Positions 18,742 to 26,155 of a stretch of DNA of 57,960 bases are shown piece by piece; position 1 is the stretch's first letter; each line of letters begins with the position of its first letter. A program made the translations under genes and the position numbers. Under the pieces are notes generated by a model. It worked only from the letters and a program-made list of their open reading frames with translations. It did no database searches and was not told the DNA's origin. The DNA lies in IMG/VR virus record IMGVR_UViG_3300031454_000004, positions 1 through 57,960 of that record; one strand, given 5' to 3'. The DNA comes from a virus. Taxonomy: Duplodnaviria; Caudoviricetes.

Positions 18742-18837
18742 ATGAAACTAAAAATTGATGAACCAACTTTTTACGGCGCAGCCTGCATTATTGTGGTCGC
18801 CATCATTATTATACTCGTTATTTTATCCTTTCAATAG
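18742..18837 (+). CDS. 31-aa single-TM peptide
   Basis: Read manually: MKLKIDEPTFYGAACIIVVAIIIILVILSFQ. Confidence 0.4.
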   Translation: MKLKIDEPTFYGAACIIVVAIIIILVILSFQ

Positions 18838-18867
18838 CAACCCTTATACCCCCCAGCAAAAGCACCA

Positions 18868-18897
18868 ATGCCCCGGCCTGTAAGCCGAGGCATTTTT
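18868..18897 (+). terminator. Intrinsic terminator ending the left module
   Basis: ATGCCCCGGC-ctgtaa-GCCGAGGCAT followed by a T tract. Confidence 0.7.
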
Positions 18898-18941
18898 ATT
18901 TCTATCGTCACCCTTTAGGGGCCCGGGCTTCTCCTTCATTT

Positions 18942-18980
18942 CATTGTCCTTTCACACAATAAACGCTTAAAATAAGTTTG
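18942..18980 (+). promoter_or_regulatory. Putative phage late promoter, copy 1
   Basis: CATTGTCCTTT-N20-TAAGTTTG. Confidence 0.7.
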
Positions 18981-18984
18981 CAAT

Positions 18985-20283
18985 GTGGATATAAAAATTC
19001 TATTGCAGGCCCTTAATCAGCCATGGTTCATTCAGCCCGAAGCGGCAGAGTATCATGGTTTAATTCTGCATAAAATTATTACCGGCCAATCATCATCTGC
19101 CGAAGCATCTTTTGAGGATAAACCGGTAAAAGAATTTGCTTACGCAGTAAACTCATCCGGGCAACGCATAAGCACCATACAGGATGCAACCGATAAAGGC
19201 GTAGCGGTTATTAATATACGCGGCGCCATAATGAAATATGATTATTGCGGTGCCCCGGGTACGCAAAGCATGATGAAAGCTTTGCAGCAGGCAAACGATA
19301 ATCCATCCATCTCTGCAGTTCTTTTACAGTTTGACAGCCCTGGCGGATCAGTTGCCGGCACACAACAATTTGCCGAAGCAATTAAAAACAGCGCAAAGCC
19401 TGTTGTAGCATTTATAGACGGCATGATGGCCAGCGCCGCCATGTGGATAGGCTCTGCAGCGGCCGAACGCATTGCCAGCAGCAATACCGATACCATTGGC
19501 AGCATAGGCACTATGGCAAGCTGGAACGACTTTAAAGGCTACCACGAAAAAATGGGCATAAAAACCCATGAAGTATATGCCAGCGACAGCACCCATAAAA
19601 ACCTGCAGTTCCGCGAAGCCAATGGCGCCAATGAAGATGGCGTATCCAACTACGAGCCACTCGTTAAAACATGGTTAGATCCGCTTAACAACGAATTTAC
19701 TTCTGCTATACAGCAAAACCTTCCGGGCATAGATAAAACAGTTTTAAACGGCAGCCAGTTTATTGCCATCGAGGCAAAAAAGAAAGGCATGATTGACAGA
19801 ATTGGAACATTCGAAAGCGCCGTTAACAGGGCGCTGCAACTTGGTAAAAAACTCGACAAACAAAAAACCGATAATAATATGAAATGGAATAAAATCATGG
19901 CGTTTTTAGGTATAGCTTCTATCGCATCCGCACAGGAGGTAAAGTTAGAAGACCAGCAACTCGATAACCTTGATGCTGCCATTGCCGAAAGGGATAAGCT
20001 TACCGCTGATCTTGCCGCCGCCAACAGTGCTCTAACCACCGCAAATACAGCAACGCAGGCAGCACAGGATCAACTGGCAACCATCACCAGCCAGCTTGGT
20101 ACAGCAAACACAACCTTTGCCGCTTTACAGGGCGAATTGTCAACCGCACATACCAGGATAACAGAGCTTGAAGGCATGAGCGGAACAGCAACCTCAACAG
20201 TAAAAACCGAAGATAAATTTGAAGATAAAAAGGTAAGTGCAATGGATATGCCGTTTCAAAAACAGTTACTGAAAGACCTGTAA
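18985..20283 (+). CDS. S49 (SppA/ClpP-like) prohead protease with C-terminal scaffold coiled coil
   Basis: FDSPGG, GMMASAAMWIGS and IGSIG motifs; Ala/Thr-rich coiled-coil tail; precedes the capsid gene. Confidence 0.9.
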   Translation: MDIKILLQALNQPWFIQPEAAEYHGLILHKIITGQSSSAEASFEDKPVKEFAYAVNSSGQRISTIQDATDKGVAVINIRGAIMKYDYCGAPGTQSMMKALQQANDNPSISAVLLQFDSPGGSVAGTQQFAEAIKNSAKPVVAFIDGMMASAAMWIGSAAAERIASSNTDTIGSIGTMASWNDFKGYHEKMGIKTHEVYASDSTHKNLQFREANGANEDGVSNYEPLVKTWLDPLNNEFTSAIQQNLPGIDKTVLNGSQFIAIEAKKKGMIDRIGTFESAVNRALQLGKKLDKQKTDNNMKWNKIMAFLGIASIASAQEVKLEDQQLDNLDAAIAERDKLTADLAAANSALTTANTATQAAQDQLATITSQLGTANTTFAALQGELSTAHTRITELEGMSGTATSTVKTEDKFEDKKVSAMDMPFQKQLLKDL

Positions 20284-20369
20284 CCATTCATAATTCATAA
20301 TTTATAATTCATAATTCAGACCATATCCTAATAAAAAATCCAATCAAAAATTCTTAAAAAACCAATACA

Positions 20370-21368
20370 ATGACTATTGATGTATCAGCAGTTGTAGCAC
20401 AGTGGGGCGCCTATTATGTTGACCAGGGTCAAAACCAGGCAAGCATAAAATCAGCGCTGTACAGGCTAAGCGAAACAGCAGCCCTGTTTCAAAACCGCCC
20501 AACGACCGACACGTATTTTCGCTCAACATCTGCACAGATGACGAGTGTGTTACAACCTTTCCAAAAGTTGTTTACACCCAAAGGCCTTCTGAAATTTACG
20601 CCCAATGGGTTCCCGCTTTTCAACATCAAGATAGACTTCGATGTTTTTCCTGATGAGGTTAAAAACAGCTATCTGGGATTTTGGGAAAGCCTTGATGAAA
20701 ACGATCGTGGCAAATGGCCGTTGATCCGCTACATCATCGAAAACCACATTCTTGCCAGCAAGGCGCAGGATATGGAAAGCAGCGTATCGTTTGGCGGTAA
20801 ATATATTGCCCCCATTGCCGGTGTTGCAAGCCCTGCAGCCGACAGTATGGACGGCATTAAAGCAGTATTGAAGAAATACAGTATCGCAGGCCGCTTAAAC
20901 TTTGGCAACGGCCCGTTAGCAATGGGTGCACCCGCTGCCGACCCCGTAGCATTTTGCACACAGGTAGAAGCATGGGTTGACAGTATTAACCCCGAGTTGC
21001 GCAAAACAATAGACTTTATTGTGATGAGCCAAACACTCGCCACCCGTTACCAGCGTGGTAAGCGCATAAAATATGGCGCCATTCAAAACTTCCTTAGCGG
21101 TATGACCAAGGATGACCTGGTAACGATAGAAGACTTCTCCGACATTGCGGTAAAAGGTTTTTTAAGCCATAACGGCAGCACCATTATATGGGCAACACCA
21201 AAAGTTAACCGTATCCGCCCCATTCGTAAAGCAGTGTTGGAAAACACCTTCAGGGTAGAAAGCTACCGCCGCGAAGTATCGGTTTACACCGACTGGTGGG
21301 AGGCGCTCGAATTTGAAGTGCCCGAATTAGTGGTTGTAAATGACAGTCCTGAATTAGCAGCACCGTAA
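20370..21368 (+). CDS. Major capsid protein (HK97-type inferred)
   Basis: 332 aa directly after the protease/scaffold; size and position typical. Confidence 0.75.
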   Translation: MTIDVSAVVAQWGAYYVDQGQNQASIKSALYRLSETAALFQNRPTTDTYFRSTSAQMTSVLQPFQKLFTPKGLLKFTPNGFPLFNIKIDFDVFPDEVKNSYLGFWESLDENDRGKWPLIRYIIENHILASKAQDMESSVSFGGKYIAPIAGVASPAADSMDGIKAVLKKYSIAGRLNFGNGPLAMGAPAADPVAFCTQVEAWVDSINPELRKTIDFIVMSQTLATRYQRGKRIKYGAIQNFLSGMTKDDLVTIEDFSDIAVKGFLSHNGSTIIWATPKVNRIRPIRKAVLENTFRVESYRREVSVYTDWWEALEFEVPELVVVNDSPELAAP

Positions 21369-22041
21369 AACCCTCACTCCACCCTCTCCCTTTAAGGAAG
21401 AGGGCGGAGTGATTAAACAATAATTTTTTCAACCTCTCCCTGTGAAGGGGATTTTAAAAAACTTTTTTATGTCAAATAAAAAAACAGATAAAAAAACAGC
21501 GCCTGAAGTAAAAGCTGATCAAGCAGCACAAAAACAAATACCAGGCGGCGAAACACCGGGTAAAGAAGAATTGGGCGCAAAGCTAAAGACTGTGCCCGCA
21601 GAGCAGCCAGCGCAGCCATCAGCAGCGCAAACCGATGCTGAAAGAATAGCCACACTTGCGCAGGTGGTTGAAGTGCCCGAGTTAGTGGTTGTAAATGACA
21701 TTGCTGAATTAGCACCAACACCGTAAACCCTCACCCTGCCCTCTCCCTTCAAGGGAGAGGGTGGAGAGATTAAATAATAATTTTTTCAACCCTTCCGTGT
21801 GAAGGGGATTTTTAAAAACTTTTTTATGTCAGATAAAAAAACAGAATTGGGCGCAAAGCTAAAGGCTATAGAAAAAAGAGAGCCTGAAGTAAAAGCTGAG
21901 CAAGCTGCACAAAAAAAAATACCAGGCGAAACACCGGGTAAAGAAGAATTGGGCGCAAAGCTAAAGGCTATGCCCAAAGAGCAGCCGGAGCCGTCATCAG
22001 CAGAGCAAACCGATGCTGAAAGAGTTGCCACACTTGAGCAG
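21315..22041 (+). repeat. Diverged tandem duplication of ~355 bp
   Basis: 21315-21668 and 21670-22041 both contain the capsid 3' end, a CCCTCTCCC hairpin and the 5' part of the next gene. Confidence 0.9.
21469..21726 (+). CDS. Chimeric small protein created by the duplication
   Basis: N-terminus is paralogous to 21826-22371; C-terminal EVPELVVVND.. matches the capsid C-terminus. Confidence 0.55.
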   Translation: MSNKKTDKKTAPEVKADQAAQKQIPGGETPGKEELGAKLKTVPAEQPAQPSAAQTDAERIATLAQVVEVPELVVVNDIAELAPTP

Positions 22042-22371
22042 GAAAAAACCCAGTTGCTGGTAGAAGTTGCCGCCCTTAACCAGGAGATAGGCAGAATAGC
22101 CAACGAGCGCGACTCAACCATTATGGTTAACCAGGATCTTACCAACAAGATTGAAACCGGCGTAAAAGTAGAAATGGTTGATCCATCAACAGCCAACAGG
22201 ATCTCTGCCGAAAGCTTTAAATCCGAAGGCAAAGAGTATGAGTTTGCTTTTGCACGAATGACAAACAAAGACGGTGTAATAACTGCCAACGAAGTTATTG
22301 CCAGCGAAGCATTGCAACGCCAGTTGATCGAATCGGGCAGCGGAATGATCCGCCTTAAAAAAACGCATTAA
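21826..22371 (+). CDS. Head-associated hypothetical protein (charged N-terminus, coiled coil)
   Basis: Located after the capsid gene; internal ELGAKLKA repeat. Confidence 0.6.
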   Translation: MSDKKTELGAKLKAIEKREPEVKAEQAAQKKIPGETPGKEELGAKLKAMPKEQPEPSSAEQTDAERVATLEQEKTQLLVEVAALNQEIGRIANERDSTIMVNQDLTNKIETGVKVEMVDPSTANRISAESFKSEGKEYEFAFARMTNKDGVITANEVIASEALQRQLIESGSGMIRLKKTH

Positions 22372-22463
22372 AAACAAGAAGATAGGAGACAGAATTATGA
22401 ATTCATAATTCATAATTCATAATTCATAATTCATAATTCTCATCATAATTCATAATTCTCATC

Positions 22464-23003
22464 ATGGCAACCCTGTATAAAAAAATACTTAAAGCCGATC
22501 AAAAAAATACCGAAGGCGGCTATAAAAACGTGGTTCTTTTTGCACCCGTTGCATCCTTTCTGGCTCTGGCTAAACCTGCCCCTGGTGCAAGCCCTGCTTT
22601 GGGTGACGGACTTAAAATAACTACCGACCACACCTTTACCTCACCCGGAGGTTGGTATAGCTGGCTGTGCACAAAACACAGCGTAACCATTACCGGCGAA
22701 ACAACCGGCGATGTTGCCAAAAGCCTGGTTTGGAAATCGAAGTTTCATTTATTGGGCGATAGCGCCAGCACACAGGAGCAGTTGCAAAACATGCTGAACG
22801 ACGACATGATATTCCTGTTAAAGGATGGCGCATGTCTTACCGCAGCAGAGTATGTACAACTTGGTAACGAGTGTAATACACCCGATGTAACCGTAACCTT
22901 TGATGGTAAAACCACCAAAGAAGGCTTAAAGGAATATATTGTTGAAGTAACAGTTAAGGCAGCAAAATACTGGTATAGCGGAACAGTCGTTGAAGTAGCT
23001 TAA
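22464..23003 (+). CDS. Putative major tail tube protein
   Basis: 179 aa, beta-rich; N.GG...V.F.P start, YVQLG..P motif and C-terminal WYSG. Confidence 0.6.
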   Translation: MATLYKKILKADQKNTEGGYKNVVLFAPVASFLALAKPAPGASPALGDGLKITTDHTFTSPGGWYSWLCTKHSVTITGETTGDVAKSLVWKSKFHLLGDSASTQEQLQNMLNDDMIFLLKDGACLTAAEYVQLGNECNTPDVTVTFDGKTTKEGLKEYIVEVTVKAAKYWYSGTVVEVA

Positions 23004-23110
23004 AAAATTCAGAATTTAGAATTATGAATTCAGAATTGACCATTCATAATTCATCATTAACCATTCATAATTCATAATTCATAATTAATCATAATTCATA
23101 ATTAATTCTC

Positions 23111-23428
23111 ATGACCGAAGAAACTAAACCAATCGTTTTTATTGACCAGGAAACTTTACAGGGTTTTCAGGCGCTGGTAACTGAAGATCCGATGGTGCAT
23201 ATTCCAGGAGTTTACTCGGGCCAGTTAAGTGCGATTACCCCTGCAGTTGCTGCCGGGCTGGTAAAACGCAAAAGCAACCTGTTAAAAGCCAAAGTGGCTC
23301 CGGAAGAGGTAAAAGAACTGGCTAAAGCCGAAAAGGCAGAAGCAAAAGCAGAAGCCAAAGCAGACCGGACAGAAGCCAAAGACCTGCCACGGGAGGAAGC
23401 TAAAAAGTTTCCCGATCCTAAGAAGTAA
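23111..23428 (+). CDS. Hypothetical protein with KAEA-rich tail
   Basis: ORF followed by a terminator. Confidence 0.55.
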   Translation: MTEETKPIVFIDQETLQGFQALVTEDPMVHIPGVYSGQLSAITPAVAAGLVKRKSNLLKAKVAPEEVKELAKAEKAEAKAEAKADRTEAKDLPREEAKKFPDPKK

Positions 23429-23460
23429 CCATTTTCAACTTATATAGAAAAACCGTAAAA

Positions 23461-23489
23461 ATCCCTGCCGCCTTCGGCGGGGATTTTTT
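23461..23489 (+). terminator. Intrinsic terminator
   Basis: ATCCC(TG)CCGCC-TTC-GGCGGGGAT followed by a T tract. Confidence 0.7.
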
Positions 23490-23565
23490 GCATTTACCCA
23501 ACACTTCTATAACAATCCATTTAACTTTTTATTTGCAGTTTTGAAAAGTGTTATTATGTTTGTAG

Positions 23566-23738
23566 TGCAAATCAGTACCCAACTAATGTCACATCTTCCA
23601 TTACAAACATTTAGGAAAACTTCTTGGCCGGCACACGGGTGTAAGTCCCGTAACTTATCTGTTGGTGACAACAGGTACTGGTTTGCAGTGACCGGCCTAT
23701 TCTATAATCTTCTTATTTTTCTAAAATGCAAACCAGTA
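23566..23738 (+). ncRNA. c4-like antisense RNA with upstream and downstream targets, upstream of the antirepressor operon
   Basis: Cloverleaf at 23626-23697; its GGTACTGGTTTGCA segment is complementary to 23566-23579 and to 23727-23738; TATGTTTG -7 box at 23555-23562. Confidence 0.6.
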
Positions 23739-24055
23739 AAAATCACACAAGCACTTCCGACAAGGCTCGGAATCTTATCCAACAGAACCTCTCTATTATT
23801 GATGAAGACACGCTCGCCCAGACATTCGACTTAGTTCGGGGGCGAGACTCGGGCCACCTAAAATCAGTTATGTTCGACTGCCTGGCAGAGTACATTATGG
23901 TCATGTCTCTAACGGAGGATCGCCGGGCAATGGTTTTATACAATTACCGTAACGTCTGCGAGTTGATCGACTTCACATTTTTCATTTTTAGAAATCCTGT
24001 AGAAGACGCTGAGCGGTATAAGAAGGCGTTGCTTCTATTTTCACAACTTTCATAA
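23726..24055 (+). CDS. Hypothetical protein in the icd-like position before the antirepressor
   Basis: Its start codon overlaps the antisense target. Confidence 0.6.
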   Translation: MQTSKNHTSTSDKARNLIQQNLSIIDEDTLAQTFDLVRGRDSGHLKSVMFDCLAEYIMVMSLTEDRRAMVLYNYRNVCELIDFTFFIFRNPVEDAERYKKALLLFSQLS

Positions 24056-24074
24056 ACTTATAAAAAATATTACA

Positions 24075-24632
24075 ATGGAAAAGACAAACAACATAATTGC
24101 CCGTATTAACCACGTGGCTATTATTGTAACTCAAAAAGAAAAACTGGTACCGATTAAGCCCATTTGCGAGGCATTAGGAATTGACGATAAGTCTCAAAGA
24201 CAGAAGATAAGTGAGGATGAAATTTTATCTTCAACTGGGGTGCTGAGCACCTTAGTTGCCGCAGATGGAAGAGGGCGTGAAATGTTCTGTTTACCCCTCG
24301 AATTTGCATTCGGTTGGCTATTTTCTATCAACCACAAAAACGTAAAGCCAGAGGCGCAGGAAGCAGTAAAGCAATACAAGATGCAATGTTACCATGCACT
24401 TTACAGGCACTTTACGGAGTACGCTGAATTTGTCCAGGACAAGCAAAAAGAACTTGATGAAGCACTCGAAGTTAGAAAAGTGGCAAAAACTGATTTCAAT
24501 AAAACTAAAACTGTATTAAGGGACGCAGATGATAGTATCGAAAAGGCAAGACATCTAAACTTCGATGACTGGAGGGCAAGAAAGTCGCAAATAGAAATGG
24601 ACTTTAAAGAGGCAGACGAGTTTGAAGAATAA
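24075..24632 (+). CDS. Phage antirepressor (P22 Ant N-terminal domain)
   Basis: VPIKPICEALGID..SQ..KI, ADGRGREMFCLPL...GWLFSIN...VK, YKMQCYHALY. Confidence 0.9.
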   Translation: MEKTNNIIARINHVAIIVTQKEKLVPIKPICEALGIDDKSQRQKISEDEILSSTGVLSTLVAADGRGREMFCLPLEFAFGWLFSINHKNVKPEAQEAVKQYKMQCYHALYRHFTEYAEFVQDKQKELDEALEVRKVAKTDFNKTKTVLRDADDSIEKARHLNFDDWRARKSQIEMDFKEADEFEE

Positions 24633-24684
24633 AAGCACTACCTTTAATGTGCCCTACATTACATTTACTGAAAAGTGAATTCCG

Positions 24685-24712
24685 AAAAAGCCTTGCAATT
24701 GCAAGGCTTTTT
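24685..24712. terminator. Bidirectional terminator
   Basis: AAAAAGCCTTGC-AATT-GCAAGGCTTTTT, a perfect palindrome. Confidence 0.75.
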
Positions 24713-24744
24713 GTATTATATTGGAGCACTAAAATGTTTGAACC

Positions 24745-25395
24745 ATGCCCGACTTAGGAAACTGTCCGAGTTGTAATGCAACATTAAAATCAGGAATTTT
24801 TGGCGGCAATAAACTTTTAAATAAAAATGAAGTTGAGATTATTAATGAAATGTATGGCCAAAAGTCGGACGCTTATTGTAATGCCTGCTCGTCCGAAAAA
24901 TTGCAAATAGCTATTCACAAATTACATACTGAAGAAACTTCTATCCGGCAAACACTAATGCAAATGGTTTCTTATATACCAGTTGTTTCAGCCCCCAATC
25001 CTTATCAGTGGGAATATACGGTTTTGGGGATGGTAACAGGTCAGTCTACTACAGGTACAGGTGTTCTCTCCGAATTGGGGGCATCGGTAGCAGATATATT
25101 TGGCGGGCAGTCGGCAGGGTTTAACACAAAGTTGAAAGCAGGTGAAAATATGTGTTTCATGCAATTACGGCAACAAACCGTAAACTTCGGCGGCAACGCT
25201 GTAATTAGCACCGATATAGATTTCTCTGAAGTTGGTGGAGACCGGGGTATGCTCATGGTATGTATGTCTGGCACAGCAATTAGGCTTCATAACATCGAAG
25301 TTTTATCAGAAATTGCCGTAAAAAGCATCCGGCAAATATCGCCGGTGCAGGAAAGATTAAAGTTATTGGACAGACTCAAAAGAGAGAATAAATAG
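24745..25395 (+). CDS. YbjQ/UPF0145 heavy-metal-binding family protein with N-terminal CxxC..CxxC
   Basis: LGMVTGQ..G...D.FGG.S......L......GGNAVISTDIDF...MLMV..SGTA. Confidence 0.85.
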   Translation: MPDLGNCPSCNATLKSGIFGGNKLLNKNEVEIINEMYGQKSDAYCNACSSEKLQIAIHKLHTEETSIRQTLMQMVSYIPVVSAPNPYQWEYTVLGMVTGQSTTGTGVLSELGASVADIFGGQSAGFNTKLKAGENMCFMQLRQQTVNFGGNAVISTDIDFSEVGGDRGMLMVCMSGTAIRLHNIEVLSEIAVKSIRQISPVQERLKLLDRLKRENK

Positions 25396-25411
25396 GTTAT
25401 AATTACTTTAA

Positions 25412-25695
25412 GTAACTATACCTACTTACACGCAAGGGTATTTTAAATACCATAAGAGGGATGCTAACTTTTGTATGCAAAGAAGTTTGTTCTTAATTCA
25501 TAGATGTGTTGTACCTCACCTTTTTCTTTTACCTCAATACAAGTAACAAGCTTTTGCCCTTGCTCAACAGATAAGAATAGGCCATCTAAAGCACCCCCGG
25601 AAAAGAGGTAAATATTAAGGATAGGCTTTTGCATTTCTTAAAGTTACACAATTTTCAAAAGTATAATACCTTTGCGTGTAAGTAGGTATAGTTAC
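25412..25695. repeat. 31-bp inverted repeats (30/31 match) enclosing 222 bp
   Basis: 25412-25442 versus 25665-25695. Confidence 0.9.
25464..25634 (-). CDS. 56-aa protein inside the inverted repeats
   Basis: Read manually: MQKPILNIYLFSGGALDGLFLSVEQGQKLVTCIEVKEKGEVQHIYELRTNFFAYKS. Confidence 0.5.
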   Translation of the reverse strand: MQKPILNIYLFSGGALDGLFLSVEQGQKLVTCIEVKEKGEVQHIYELRTNFFAYKS

Positions 25696-25735
25696 CTTAC
25701 TTTAAGTTATATCCCCCGCCTCATGCGGGGCTTTC

Positions 25736-25774
25736 TATTGTCCTTTCCATGCCTATACAAGCTGTTTACTTTTA
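25736..25774 (+). promoter_or_regulatory. Putative late promoter, copy 2
   Basis: TATTGTCCTTT-N20-TACTTTTA. Confidence 0.65.
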
Positions 25775-25778
25775 CTAA

Positions 25779-26153
25779 ATGCTTAACAATGATACTGACC
25801 AGCTGAATGATGACATTGAACAGTGGAACAAGCGCAACCTGCAGGCGCTTAGGGATAAGATATCTTCTTTAAACATAAAGCACCGCGATAACAGCCCAAA
25901 TAAACTGCCACTGGCAAGAGCGTTGCGCAGCCAATTAAGAAAAAAAGATGGCATTATTAGCCGCATCAGTTATAAGATGCCGGTAAGCGCCATTTTCCTA
26001 CACAAAGGTGTAAGCCGTGGCCATCCGGTAACGAACCCCAGAAGAGCGAAGGAGTGGTATGCACCCGTGGTTGATAAAACTATTGATGAGCTTGCCGATA
26101 TAGTTGCTGACGGTCAGGGTAACATGGTTATAAATAATATTAATATTAAGTAA
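25779..26153 (+). CDS. Putative tail completion/neck protein (HK97 gp10-like)
   Basis: Basic; IFLHKGV.RG...R.AKEWYAP motif; directly precedes the tape measure. Confidence 0.5.
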   Translation: MLNNDTDQLNDDIEQWNKRNLQALRDKISSLNIKHRDNSPNKLPLARALRSQLRKKDGIISRISYKMPVSAIFLHKGVSRGHPVTNPRRAKEWYAPVVDKTIDELADIVADGQGNMVINNINIK

Positions 26154-26155
26154 TT

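Larger units (their letters stand above)
546..18837 (+). mobile_element. Putative tailless, membrane-containing provirus structural/lysis module
   Basis: About 20 tightly packed + strand genes between terminators at 406-438 and 18868-18897. Many TM-anchored proteins, a Cys protease-like gene, a basic core-like protein, two lysozymes and spikes. No portal, terminase or tape measure. Confidence 0.6.

Noticed and set aside
21315-22041. Duplications (also 56179-56796) as DGR template/variable repeats
   Set aside because: Differences are not confined to adenines, include indels, and no reverse transcriptase is in the window.
23541-23834. 97-aa ORF over the antirepressor leader
   Set aside because: The region is better explained by a promoter plus structured RNA, although a short leader peptide cannot be excluded.
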